Virus record (IMG/VR): IMGVR_UViG_3300036985_003045
Length of the DNA stretch: 64,000 bases
Direction: 5' to 3' (one strand)
Source: a virus
Taxonomy: Duplodnaviria > Caudoviricetes
Every line of letters starts with the position of its first letter. Position 1 is the stretch's first letter. This document shows positions 7,111 to 16,821 of the stretch, one piece after another. Under the pieces are notes generated by a model, which worked only from the letters and a program-made list of their open reading frames with translations, had not been told where the DNA came from and did not search any database. Made by a program: the position numbers and the translations under genes.

Positions 7111-9159
7111 TTACTTACTGGTGGCTACAAAAGTTCCCTTCCATTTCTTTGGAAAAGATTCATCAGACATATATCCTGTTATTCTTTTAGTCATCATATC
7201 ATAATAATAATCTAATTCACCATCAAATGAACCTTTCAATTCCATGCAATGTGTAATGGCATATGCCCATTCTTGTTTCTTATAATGCTTAAACATCTTA
7301 TTATGTAATGTTCTAGTATTGGCATATTCTAAACGATTGTATCTATCTGGTTGTAATACTGTATAAATGTCTAATCCAACAGTTTTACCTTTTACAGCAA
7401 TGTTGTCTAGCTTAATAACAAAGTATTCATCTTTAACAAGTTCAGCAGTTTCTGGACCAATGATTAATAATACCCCATAAGATTTGGTTTGGCCTTCCAA
7501 TCTTGCAGCTGTAGAAACTGAATCACCTAATACATCATATCCAAATCTAGTTTTTGAACCTATGTTACCTATAAGTGTTTGTCCAGTATTAACACCAGCA
7601 CCCATACCGACAATTGGTTTACCTTGTGCTATTAGAGTTTCATTAAATCCATTAACAGATTCAATCATTTCTAATGCGGTTTTAACAGCAACCTTGGCAT
7701 GGTTTACATCATCTAGTGGTGCATTATGTACATGAAGACTAGCATCACCAATGAACTTAATGATACATCCATCATTCTTCAATACTGGTTCTGATATGGC
7801 AGTCATATAATCATTCATAATATTGGTAAGACCTTCTACATCATCACCATAAGATTCACCAAGAGTGGTAAATCCCCTTAAATCTGTCATAACAATAGAA
7901 AGTTCTTTGCGTTCACCACCAAGTTTAATCAATTCTGGATTCTTCTGAAGCTTTTCTACCATGATAGGAGAAACATAGGAACCGAATTGTTTTTTAATTT
8001 GAAGTTTTTGTCCTAATTCAGATAGAAACTTTACGGTGTATGTGTGCCCATAGACCGCAACAATTGCGAATATAGGTATTGTAATGTCGAAAAGATAATA
8101 AAGAGTGGTATATAGATAATTAGAAATAGGATAAAGAGAGATAATGATGCTGCAAAATATAAGAATTCCATATTTCCACCTAGATAGTATTATTGATATT
8201 AATGAAAGAAAAAGTATTGTTAATAATTCTGCACCTGTAGTCCAATCAGGTCTTGATATATTTATACCTTTGGTAATAGTATCTAGAATTGATGCTTGAA
8301 TGTAATGAGGAAAGACTGCTCCATTAGAAGTCGCAACGGGGTTATTAAGTCCTTTTGCTGTGAGTCCGACAATAACGATTGCTCCGTTGAAGTCATTTGG
8401 TAAATTGACGGATGAAAATTGTCTAAATCCTGCGGGTTTAATCCAAAGTCTACCGAGGTCATCTGTTTGGATTTTACCGAACTTTGGTATTCTAACTGCT
8501 TGGATTGACCCTTCGTTGATTTTGACTTGGAATGATGGGTCTCCTGATGCCACACGCAAGGTTTCGAGACTGATACTCGGATACAATAATCCTTTGGAAC
8601 TGACCACCATTGGGATTCTTCGGGTAACGCCATCAATTTCTGGGAGTGTATTAACAACACCAATACCAGCAGCATTATCATTGAAAACTTGTATGTTGGG
8701 AAGTATGTTTTCATATTTAACTCCTACATCACCAGTACCTATAACTGATACACCTGGTCTAAATGGTTTATAAGTTTCAGTAAAAGCTTCATTAGTACCA
8801 GTTTGAGGTAATACTACTGGATATTCTTGAAGTACTTGTGTTAATGTATCATCTTTATCAAATCTATCTGCTTCAGGCATAAACAGATTAAAAACAACAA
8901 GACCAGCACCACGGATATACAGCTCCTTAATAAGATTAGCATATTCGTTCCGAGGGAATGGGAATTGACCTTTTTCTTTAAGTGTTGCATCATCTATATT
9001 TACCAATTGTATATCTGATTGTTGAATATCTTGGGTTAAAAGAGTATCAAAATATCTTAAACGAATAGATTCTACAAATGATGGGTCAACTACTCTTAAC
9101 CCAATGATTAAACCTAATGTTACTAACGATAACCATGGGGACAAGAATAGTTTTTTCAT
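7111..9159 (-). CDS. CHASE2-domain class III adenylate/guanylate cyclase
   Basis: N-terminal TM; CHASE2 (NIDDATL..GQFPFPR, DGVTRRIPM); three TMs; cyclase motifs VMTDLRGFT, IKFIGD, GVNTG, GYDVLGDSVSTAARLEG. Confidence 0.95.
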   Translation of the reverse strand: MKKLFLSPWLSLVTLGLIIGLRVVDPSFVESIRLRYFDTLLTQDIQQSDIQLVNIDDATLKEKGQFPFPRNEYANLIKELYIRGAGLVVFNLFMPEADRFDKDDTLTQVLQEYPVVLPQTGTNEAFTETYKPFRPGVSVIGTGDVGVKYENILPNIQVFNDNAAGIGVVNTLPEIDGVTRRIPMVVSSKGLLYPSISLETLRVASGDPSFQVKINEGSIQAVRIPKFGKIQTDDLGRLWIKPAGFRQFSSVNLPNDFNGAIVIVGLTAKGLNNPVATSNGAVFPHYIQASILDTITKGINISRPDWTTGAELLTILFLSLISIILSRWKYGILIFCSIIISLYPISNYLYTTLYYLFDITIPIFAIVAVYGHTYTVKFLSELGQKLQIKKQFGSYVSPIMVEKLQKNPELIKLGGERKELSIVMTDLRGFTTLGESYGDDVEGLTNIMNDYMTAISEPVLKNDGCIIKFIGDASLHVHNAPLDDVNHAKVAVKTALEMIESVNGFNETLIAQGKPIVGMGAGVNTGQTLIGNIGSKTRFGYDVLGDSVSTAARLEGQTKSYGVLLIIGPETAELVKDEYFVIKLDNIAVKGKTVGLDIYTVLQPDRYNRLEYANTRTLHNKMFKHYKKQEWAYAITHCMELKGSFDGELDYYYDMMTKRITGYMSDESFPKKWKGTFVATSK

Positions 9160-9167
9160 ATTATATC

Positions 9168-9944
9168 CTAGAATAAATCTGTAAAGAATTTAGAAACAGA
9201 ATCTAGAAAATCATCATCTTTCTCTACTGCTTCTGTATCAGGTATGGCAACTTCTTCTAATACAATAGGAGCAATAATTGCAGCAGCTACAGCAGGTGCT
9301 ACGACAGCAACCGGAACTGGTTTAGAAAATACATCTTCATCAATAGCACTTAATGCGATATCATAATGATGTTGTCTGTCTTTCAAACCAATAGTACCAC
9401 CATTAATTCTTTTAGTTAATGTAGTAAATTCACTAGAATCACAGAATTGATTTAGTTTATTAGTTTGCCAGAAGAATGCACCTGAACAAATAGCACCCTC
9501 TAATGTTTCACAATATGCAACAGTTTCATCTAATGATTTACCAATAGACTTTGCAAACTTTGAATAGTTATCTTTACCAGTTAATTGAATACAACCACGA
9601 CCACGGAATTTGAAACCATCTCCAGATGCTTCTGTTCCATTACCCATTCTATCAGCATAAACCTTGTTTGCAATCTTTTCTGGATTACGATTATAAGGAG
9701 CAGCCATTGCAACAGAGATAAATCTTTTTGGCCAAACTTTACAAAGACCATCAGCAGAATAATTAAGATTCTCTTTTAATGCTGTAAACTGAGCAGATTC
9801 ATGCCCACATTGAGCCAAGAAAGCAGCAACTCTTTTCTTGGTATTAATTTCATATTCAGGTAGAACTTTATTAAGAACCTCAAGTAATGCTTCGGGTTGT
9901 TTATTGTTCGGGCAAATCTTTTTCAGTTGTTCAAGTTTTAACAT
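9168..9944 (-). CDS. glycoside hydrolase family 19 endolysin
   Basis: AAFLAQCGHES, ENLNYS, YADRMGNG, FRGRGCIQLTGKDNY, TKRINGGTIGLKDR. Confidence 0.92.
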   Translation of the reverse strand: MLKLEQLKKICPNNKQPEALLEVLNKVLPEYEINTKKRVAAFLAQCGHESAQFTALKENLNYSADGLCKVWPKRFISVAMAAPYNRNPEKIANKVYADRMGNGTEASGDGFKFRGRGCIQLTGKDNYSKFAKSIGKSLDETVAYCETLEGAICSGAFFWQTNKLNQFCDSSEFTTLTKRINGGTIGLKDRQHHYDIALSAIDEDVFSKPVPVAVVAPAVAAAIIAPIVLEEVAIPDTEAVEKDDDFLDSVSKFFTDLF

Positions 9945-10523
9945 TTATTTCTCCATTGTTTTCGGGTAAAATACAATAACGCCATCGTGCTTATTTATTA
10001 ATTCATAATCATGTGTATCAGATAATATATTTACAAACTTATCCCAATCAACATCAATCAAATGTTTTTCAGGGAGTTCGCCTTTAGTATATGTAGGATT
10101 TTTTGGTGAACGAAATGTTCTCATATCATCACACACAACGACATCTTTTGAATAATCTGGTTTTAATTTCTTAATTAATTCAATTTCAGGGATTAATGGT
10201 ATTCTAAATTCTTCTGCAAATTCATCTTCACCATAGATATCTGGAAAATGTGCATCTAACCAAAATAAAGTTTTATTGGTTTGATTTGGTAATAGATTAG
10301 TTAGATATGATAGGCTTTCAGAATGTTCTATATTTGCATATGGAAACTTTTGTTGACTCATTGTAACATATTCTAAACCAATATCACAAGAATATACTTC
10401 ATCATATCCAGAATCAAATGCATGACCTATACCAGCACCTTGCCAGCATCCAGTTTCTATAAAGTCTACTAAATTATATTTTTCTCGATATTTCTTTATA
10501 TCTATATGTGTAAGCCAAGTCAT
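9945..10523 (-). CDS. putative SAM-dependent methyltransferase-like protein
   Basis: FIETGCWQG, YSCDI and FWLDAH segments resemble a class I methyltransferase fold. Confidence 0.5.
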   Translation of the reverse strand: MTWLTHIDIKKYREKYNLVDFIETGCWQGAGIGHAFDSGYDEVYSCDIGLEYVTMSQQKFPYANIEHSESLSYLTNLLPNQTNKTLFWLDAHFPDIYGEDEFAEEFRIPLIPEIELIKKLKPDYSKDVVVCDDMRTFRSPKNPTYTKGELPEKHLIDVDWDKFVNILSDTHDYELINKHDGVIVFYPKTMEK

Positions 10524-10855
10524 TTTCTTTCTCCAATTTTATAGGTAGATTTCAACTAATACCGCAATAGCTATCCAAAAAGAAAGGATTGCCAAAACTG
10601 GAATAATTGTAAATATTAAGGTTTCCATTGCTTTTTTCATAAATTATAGAACCTTTAGAAATATAGTATTTAAAACAATAACAAGACTTAACAACAATCC
10701 TAAAGTTGTTATATCAATTATAATACCTATCGTTGATTCATTATAAAAATGTTTCATTGCATATCCTCAATAACTCTAAATATAATAATAAAAAGGGCGA
10801 CTGAAGCCACCCAAACTGCTACTCGTAAAATAAATAAATTTAATTGTTTCATACG

Positions 10856-11074
10856 TTAATCTATATAAGTTATTGTTGGAACATATTCAAACTGTCTTTT
10901 ATGGTTGGATACTGCTTGTTTTGCTTCTTTCATACTATCGTACCAAACAATCCAGTCTGTATCTGAAATATCTTTCCATCTTGTTACATATCCACTCATA
11001 TCTATATATTCTGCTCTAAATTTTTCACCAGTCACAGACATAGCACTAATTACTCTATAATTTATCATATTCAT
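10856..11074 (-). CDS. hypothetical protein (paralog of 28602..28817)
   Basis: near-identical protein at 28602..28817. Confidence 0.75.
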   Translation of the reverse strand: MNMINYRVISAMSVTGEKFRAEYIDMSGYVTRWKDISDTDWIVWYDSMKEAKQAVSNHKRQFEYVPTITYID

Positions 11075-11083
11075 TGTTTCATA

Positions 11084-11281
11084 TTACCACTTATGGATTG
11101 TTGCTACTATTACTACAAGACATGTTATTATATGTAGGAGAATCCAACCAGTTCTAATAACTAATGAAAGTCTTGCTTCTTTTTGAGTTAATATTGGTAT
11201 AGTTGGTTCATCGTGGTCCGATTCACCCATAAGATGGTCAAAACTTCTACTCCAAACTCTTGTCCATCTAATTCTTTTCAT
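11084..11281 (-). CDS. hypothetical membrane protein
   Basis: MKRIRWTRVWSRS... start inside track ORF 11084..11353; C-terminal TM. Confidence 0.5.
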   Translation of the reverse strand: MKRIRWTRVWSRSFDHLMGESDHDEPTIPILTQKEARLSLVIRTGWILLHIITCLVVIVATIHKW

Positions 11282-11450
11282 TTGTAACCCATTATAGTTT
11301 TGTAAATAAAATTGTATAATGGATAGAACCAAAATCCTGCCACCATAAACCACATATTAGATACACCATTTTGTTCCAAGGTAATACCCAAAAGACACCA
11401 TAAGGTTATACCAACAAGACAAGTTATCAACATCAATATTGTAAATCTCA

Positions 11451-12071
11451 TTATGAAACCCCTTCACTGAAATCACTCGCCATTTGTTTAGCATCTTCTA
11501 ATGTTTCTGCTGTCCATTCACCTCTACCATATTGTTCTGGATAAGGGGTAAAATTATTATGTGTGTAATCTCTGTCAGCACCTTTGAATTTAGTTTCAGA
11601 GACCAACATAAATCCAAGTTGACCATCTTGCATATAATTATCATCCAATGATACTAATGATGTTGTGCAAGTGACATCAGGTGATTCACATTCACGCCAA
11701 ATACCATCATCAATATTCCAAAACTTCAAAGATTCTTGAATATAATCTTCCTTACAAGTCGGGGAATATGCACAATCATCTCTACTTACTTTAGAACCAA
11801 CACCAAATCCATAAATTGCTCTATGACTCCAGCCATACCACTGCTTTACTGATGGGCTGAATCCAATTCCGTGTTGTAACTGCTCAGTGATTCCTCTCTT
11901 GACTAGGTGGGTAATAGTATCTTCCATACCAACTCTGGTAATATAACTATCATCGAATTTTGAGTAGTAAATTAAATCAGCATCTTCTGGTATTGTAGAT
12001 GGTCCTGTATAGGCAACCAAATCTAAGTATTCTTCATTTGTCATAATATAATTTCCTCTAATTAACTCCAA
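11451..12071 (-). CDS. hypothetical phage protein
   Basis: 206-codon ORF containing QWYGWSHRAIYGFG; absent from the duplicated block at 28.5-29.6 kb. Confidence 0.7.
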   Translation of the reverse strand: MELIRGNYIMTNEEYLDLVAYTGPSTIPEDADLIYYSKFDDSYITRVGMEDTITHLVKRGITEQLQHGIGFSPSVKQWYGWSHRAIYGFGVGSKVSRDDCAYSPTCKEDYIQESLKFWNIDDGIWRECESPDVTCTTSLVSLDDNYMQDGQLGFMLVSETKFKGADRDYTHNNFTPYPEQYGRGEWTAETLEDAKQMASDFSEGVS

Positions 12072-12700
12072 AGACTTCTGTAATATTTCCCGAACAATTC
12101 AAATCCATTTTGGATTCTTGCTTCGTATTCTGCAATTCCAACCCAATCATATACTTGTGTATGTTTTGGTCCGTGTTTCATTTCCCAACAGGTATCACCC
12201 TCATATACTTCATCAGATTCAACCCAAATGGTATCAGATACACCAGATTTGAACTGTTCCATCCAATTATCTTCAATCTTAGATTCAAAGGCAAATATCA
12301 TTTCTCCCAAACACCATCCCCAGCGTTTGAAGAAGTTATCATCAGTATCCCATTCATTCTCACATCTTGGAGCATTCATAGATTTCAGATAATCTGGAAC
12401 ATCTTCATCATCAACACAAGGAGAACCATGTTTAGATTTCTGCAATTCTTTTAACATAGGTAGAATTATTGGAGCTAGAGTTGAGTCCATGCTCCATGTA
12501 TCCCAAGGGTCAATCTTTACATATTGAATTTTAGGATGAATTGTATCAAGAAACTTTTGGTTCCATTCACATAAAGTTTGTAACCATTTTGGTGGTTCTT
12601 TCTTATAGGCATCATAATCCTTTCTCCAATAGAAAAACTTCTCAAGGATAATATAAGGAGAAATCCAATGATTCCGGTAGTTTCCGATTAATATTTTCAT
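12062..12700 (-). CDS. conserved hypothetical protein (paralog of 28989..29627)
   Basis: 212 aa, colinear and highly similar to 28989..29627. Confidence 0.85.
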   Translation of the reverse strand: MKILIGNYRNHWISPYIILEKFFYWRKDYDAYKKEPPKWLQTLCEWNQKFLDTIHPKIQYVKIDPWDTWSMDSTLAPIILPMLKELQKSKHGSPCVDDEDVPDYLKSMNAPRCENEWDTDDNFFKRWGWCLGEMIFAFESKIEDNWMEQFKSGVSDTIWVESDEVYEGDTCWEMKHGPKHTQVYDWVGIAEYEARIQNGFELFGKYYRSLWS

Positions 12701-12963
12701 AAATCACATAAGGCTGTTAAAGGTATTGCAGAATATATTACACCATTGACTACTGAGAATGCAATATATTTTGTTACAATTTCACCATCTTCTCTTAATA
12801 CTACTTTTACACCGATATAGGAATCCCCACTATTTCTTATTGTGGAACTAGTAATTGTAGCATCAATAAACATTCCTGCATCAATACATTCTTGTAGACC
12901 AAAGAATACATTATCAACATCAGTTTGTAATTTGTTACCTTTGTTTAAATTGTTTATATTCAT
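12697..12963 (-). CDS. hypothetical protein (paralog of 32131..32388)
   Basis: EIVTKYIAFSVVNG vs EIVTKQIAFRVVNG. Confidence 0.65.
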   Translation of the reverse strand: MNINNLNKGNKLQTDVDNVFFGLQECIDAGMFIDATITSSTIRNSGDSYIGVKVVLREDGEIVTKYIAFSVVNGVIYSAIPLTALCDL

Positions 12964-13259
12964 TAATATTCCATCAGGTCATCATTATCAGTTGTTACAA
13001 ATGTTTCTAGTTTTGCTTCATCAGTCCAAGATTGGCAGTAATCGTTATCTTCATCACACAATCTTAACACTTCTTCTTTTGTTACTACTCTTGATGATAT
13101 AAGAGTTTCACCTAATGATAATTGAGAAAACTCTTTAGCTTCATCCATTACAACAGTATCATCAGCCCAAGCCAATTTACCCACAGGAACTTCAACAACA
13201 TAACGCATACGGTATTGTTGGATACATTCTACTAATACTAATTGTGTTTCTTCACTCAT
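12963..13259 (-). CDS. hypothetical protein (paralog of 35348..35761)
   Basis: EETQLVLVECIQQYRMRYVVEVP shared. Confidence 0.8.
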   Translation of the reverse strand: MSEETQLVLVECIQQYRMRYVVEVPVGKLAWADDTVVMDEAKEFSQLSLGETLISSRVVTKEEVLRLCDEDNDYCQSWTDEAKLETFVTTDNDDLMEY

Positions 13260-13402
13260 TTTCTTTCCTAATATAGTTGAATTTAATTAACTTTGATACA
13301 CCATTAACTTTTTCTAATCTAAAACAATCACCCTCTTTCCAACCTATTTCATCAGTATTAAGTTCTTCATCAAGAATAATACCAAAAGAAAATAATTCCC
13401 AT

Positions 13403-13579
13403 CTATAATCTAAGTAAATCATCAGTTTTCCTCAGTGAAAACGACCCATCGCCATTATCTATCCAAATTATTTTATCACCATCAAACCATTCCAATTCTT
13501 CTAACAGTTCCTCTGGAAGTTTAATTATCAAATCATTATCTGGACCAAACTCATAGACTTCAGTTGTATATGTTTTCAT
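13403..13579 (-). CDS. small AbrB/MazE-like protein (58 aa, not in track)
   Basis: DLIIKLPEELLEELEWFDGDKIIW pattern; near-identical copy at 36235..36399. Confidence 0.6.
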   Translation of the reverse strand: MKTYTTEVYEFGPDNDLIIKLPEELLEELEWFDGDKIIWIDNGDGSFSLRKTDDLLRL

Positions 13580-13881
13580 TATTCAACCCCAAAGTGTTCT
13601 TTTAATCCATCTGTAATTTGTGATACAGCATCATTATATCCTGTATTACTTCCCTTGATATATGCCCATTCTTCGTAATGTTCTCTAGTAGGATTTTCTG
13701 GAATAAACCCATCATAGATTGTTGTGGAATGATATTGTGATACTTCATTAATACATTCTTGGATAATCAACTTGGCAAACTTTTCCATATAAAATGTTTT
13801 GTTTTTATCCTCAAACAATTCCATTATATCTTCATTAGGCATACCGCATATATTGAATAGGTTTTTAATTTTCTCATTCAT
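13579..13881 (-). CDS. hypothetical protein, EKFAELI..EC family
   Basis: EKFAKLIIQEC motif and ..KEHFGVE tail. Confidence 0.7.
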   Translation of the reverse strand: MNEKIKNLFNICGMPNEDIMELFEDKNKTFYMEKFAKLIIQECINEVSQYHSTTIYDGFIPENPTREHYEEWAYIKGSNTGYNDAVSQITDGLKEHFGVE

Positions 13882-14105
13882 AATTCTGTTCCAAAATGTT
13901 TTAATATTGCTTTGGGGTAATCTTCCATTTCAACATACCCTGCCACTTTATTACCATTATCCATCATTTCCCAAACACTAAGATGTTCTTGGATAATCAA
14001 ATTAGCAAACTTCTCAATATATCTAGGATGGGGTAGGAAGTGTAAAGTTTCACCATTATCATCATGTATAGCTTGTTCTGAAAACTGTTTAATCTTTTTA
14101 TTCAC
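13878..14105 (-). CDS. hypothetical protein, EKFAELI family
   Basis: EKFANLII; MDNGNKVAGYVEMEDYPKA shared with 19570..19833. Confidence 0.7.
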   Translation of the reverse strand: MNKKIKQFSEQAIHDDNGETLHFLPHPRYIEKFANLIIQEHLSVWEMMDNGNKVAGYVEMEDYPKAILKHFGTEL

Positions 14106-14366
14106 TTATTCACCTTGATGGTATGTTGTAATTTTTGTAGGATTTCTATAAACAGAACCACACCATTCCTTTCCATCATATTGACATGGAAAGTAAACAT
14201 GCCAAGTAGTCCAAAGCGTAAATGGTAATCCTTCTGGCATCCCATAACTTTGGTCAAATTCAATATCCAATTCTTCTTCTGTTAAGGTAGTTACATAGTT
14301 ATTGATATCCTTATCTTCATTATACAACATCCTTTCCATTATTTCTTTGCGCCAAGTGGTTATCAT
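14106..14366 (-). CDS. hypothetical protein (paralog of 38279..38542)
   Basis: TTWRKEIM...LPFTLWTTWHVYFP shared. Confidence 0.75.
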   Translation of the reverse strand: MITTWRKEIMERMLYNEDKDINNYVTTLTEEELDIEFDQSYGMPEGLPFTLWTTWHVYFPCQYDGKEWCGSVYRNPTKITTYHQGE

Positions 14367-14395
14367 GATTTTCTCTCAAAATTTATATATAGGTA

Positions 14396-14423
14396 ATTAT
14401 AACATAGATATAAAATGTGTCAA
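14396..14423 (-). promoter_or_regulatory. early promoter (TTGACA-N16-TATAAT)
   Basis: attata 14396-14401, tgtcaa 14418-14423. Confidence 0.75.
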
Positions 14424-14426
14424 GAT

Positions 14427-14561
14427 TTATTCAGGATGATTATCAGAATTGCAGAAGGAAGGATTTGGAGAAAAAGTAGAGCATGGAGATTGTGAGGAAA
14501 TCTCCATGCTTAGATAGACAAATAGCAGAATTGCTATTAGAATGAGTGGTATTGCTTTCAT
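14427..14561 (-). CDS. 44-aa hydrophobic/secreted peptide, copy 1 (not in track)
   Basis: MKAIPLILIAILLFVYLSMEISSQSPCSTFSPNPSFCNSDNHPE; equal-length homolog at 23192..23326. Confidence 0.7.
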   Translation of the reverse strand: MKAIPLILIAILLFVYLSMEISSQSPCSTFSPNPSFCNSDNHPE

Positions 14562-14594
14562 AAATCACCATAAGTGTTATGAATTATTTATGTT

Positions 14595-15164
14595 TTATTT
14601 GAATTGAGGACCTGTAACCCATGCTACCAAACTATACCGTGTTCCTTCGGTAACAGGGGTAACTCTATGCAAAACATATGATGGGAAACATAAAAGTGTA
14701 CCTCTTGTTCTATGCAATTTTGTTTCATCATCACTGAGTTTTATTTCTAAATCACCACCAGCGTAATCATTTTCATCGGTTAGTTGCACAACCAAAGATA
14801 GTTTTCGTATTTTAAGGTCTTTTTCACTATCTGTATGGAATGAATAATGTCCTGTGGGTGCTTCATATTTTGTAAACTGTAGATTCTCACCAAATCCTTG
14901 TAAGTCAAAGTTAAAGAATTCTTTGTTTAGGTATTCGGTAACATCAGTCAATCTTTGAAATATCCATGTACTATTTTCATCAGGTGATAAAAATCTTGTA
15001 CTAGAGTTTCTTATGGTATCCGATTGAACTAAGTCACCCGTTTGACTTTTGGTTAATTTTGATTTGTTTCCGAGTTTTATAATTTTATCACATTCTTTGG
15101 CTGTAAATGCTTCTGAATATGCCCATGGTTGGGTTTCATCAATTTTAAATGGCCAATAACCCAT
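14595..15164 (-). CDS. 2OG-Fe(II) oxygenase (prolyl-hydroxylase/PKHD-like)
   Basis: LQFTKY...HYSFHTD, RKLSLVVQL, YAGGDLE, FPSYVLHRVTPVTEGTRYSLVAW. Confidence 0.92.
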   Translation of the reverse strand: MGYWPFKIDETQPWAYSEAFTAKECDKIIKLGNKSKLTKSQTGDLVQSDTIRNSSTRFLSPDENSTWIFQRLTDVTEYLNKEFFNFDLQGFGENLQFTKYEAPTGHYSFHTDSEKDLKIRKLSLVVQLTDENDYAGGDLEIKLSDDETKLHRTRGTLLCFPSYVLHRVTPVTEGTRYSLVAWVTGPQFK

Positions 15165-15243
15165 AATATAATTCCTATTTAGATGTTCCTAGTAAAATTC
15201 GTTTGTCAAATTTATGGTCTTTGTGTGGACCATTAGCATCAAC

Positions 15244-15615
15244 TTATGTTGTTTGCAAATTGTAAAATATAGTATCAATTTTAATATTTGATGTAGTACC
15301 TTCTTTTGATGCTGCTTTCATCAATTTCGAATGTTCTTTTTTATCTTTCTTTTTATCTTGTATAATATTAAGTAATACTTTTTGCAAATGGGTTTCAAAT
15401 TTGTTAGACCCCATCAATTTGATATTGTTTAGATTATCTGGTTTAGCATATAAAGTATAGGTAAATGTAAAATCTTGTATGCCTTCTGAATATGTTAAGA
15501 AAGAACTACCAAATTCTATAATAACATCTTTATAGTTGCCTGTTAAAAGTTTTACTCTAATTTGAAACAAATTTAAATCAGAATACTCATAAATGTAATC
15601 TTTTTCATTTTTCAT
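15244..15615 (-). CDS. hypothetical protein
   Basis: 123-codon ORF in the adhesin cassette. Confidence 0.65.
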   Translation of the reverse strand: MKNEKDYIYEYSDLNLFQIRVKLLTGNYKDVIIEFGSSFLTYSEGIQDFTFTYTLYAKPDNLNNIKLMGSNKFETHLQKVLLNIIQDKKKDKKEHSKLMKAASKEGTTSNIKIDTIFYNLQTT

Positions 15616-15631
15616 ATCAATTCTCTTTCTG

Positions 15632-15868
15632 TTATACTATAGCACTAACTTCATCACTTGTAGGTATACCTGTTTTTTGGTCTATATTTTTCCAAGATTC
15701 TGTACCTGTTTCTGGGTCAATATCAACTTGTAATATTGAAAACATTTCACTAACTTTGCTTTGAATATAATCTATAATATATTGTTGTCTTGCATCTTGT
15801 GCTAATTTTAATGTATCGAAAGATACTCGTTCATTAGTATTTTGGTCATGAATTAAATATGTTGACAT
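15632..15868 (-). CDS. hypothetical protein (possibly tail-fibre associated)
   Basis: directly downstream of the Gly-rich adhesin, with an AGGAG RBS. Confidence 0.6.
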   Translation of the reverse strand: MSTYLIHDQNTNERVSFDTLKLAQDARQQYIIDYIQSKVSEMFSILQVDIDPETGTESWKNIDQKTGIPTSDEVSAIV

Positions 15869-15882
15869 TTTTTTCTCCTAAA

Positions 15883-16821
15883 TTATGAAACTGTGCCCCA
15901 CACTGTTCCTACTGTTATATATGCAACAGTTTTGCCGTTTAGACTTATCGCTTTTCCACCAGCACCTCCGGCACCACCAGCAGCACCCCATCCTCCTCCA
16001 CCGCCCGAATATGTACCACCACTGGCACCAGCACCACCACCACTACCACCACCACCTCCTGGCTTAGGCCCGCCTCCACCAGCACCCCCAGTTCCAGGCA
16101 ATATTCTACCACCACCGCCACCACCACCGCCACCAAATACAAAGGTGGTTCCGGCACCACCACCTGAACCACCTCCAGCACCCGCAAGTCCTGAGCCTTT
16201 AGTGGTGCCATTCGCTCCAGCAACACCAATTGCACCACCAGCACCTCCGGCACCACCAGAATTAACCCCTGTAGCACCATTACCGCCTCCGGCACCACCG
16301 CCACCACCACCGCCTCCAGGTTGGCCTGTTGTCCATCCACCACCTCCTCCTCCAGCAATGTAGCCATTATTTGTTATGGTTACTGGATAAGAAAGATTTA
16401 ATGCTGGACCGCCAGCTGCAGAACTAGCAGCACCACCCCTACCAATAATATATCCATTATTCACTAATTTTAATGTATCCCCTGCAGTACCCCCAGAAAA
16501 TGTTAATCCATAGTTTCCTGTTGTACTAGCCCATAAATAAATACCAGAATTAACTGTAACAGTAATATCACTATATCCAGCAATATATCCAGAAATTAAA
16601 GAAAGTGTTAAAGAAACATTAACAGCAGAAGTTGAATATATTACAAATAAAGATTTTCTTTGAGTTTTTCCATAAAAATTGCTCATGGAAATCCCACCAG
16701 ATGCTATACCAGCAAGGGTTCTGAATGCTGCAGCATTCAAGGAGTTGGTTGCTGTTGCAGATAGTCCCAATTCAACATTTATATTAGATATCGAAATTGC
16801 ACCAGAGGCTTGTAGTGTCAT
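15883..16821 (-). CDS. glycine-rich tail-fibre adhesin (gp38-like)
   Basis: MTLQASGAISISNINVELG...ISMSNFYGK N-terminal module; NNGYIIGRGG and polyglycine tracts; GTVWGTVS end. Confidence 0.8.
   Translation of the reverse strand: MTLQASGAISISNINVELGLSATATNSLNAAAFRTLAGIASGGISMSNFYGKTQRKSLFVIYSTSAVNVSLTLSLISGYIAGYSDITVTVNSGIYLWASTTGNYGLTFSGGTAGDTLKLVNNGYIIGRGGAASSAAGGPALNLSYPVTITNNGYIAGGGGGGWTTGQPGGGGGGGGAGGGNGATGVNSGGAGGAGGAIGVAGANGTTKGSGLAGAGGGSGGGAGTTFVFGGGGGGGGGRILPGTGGAGGGGPKPGGGGGSGGGAGASGGTYSGGGGGWGAAGGAGGAGGKAISLNGKTVAYITVGTVWGTVS

Noticed and set aside
15893-16363. Proline-rich plus-strand ORF resembling collagen or extensin
   Set aside because: It is the antisense shadow of the GGT/GGC/GGA polyglycine codons of the adhesin, with no RBS or promoter support.
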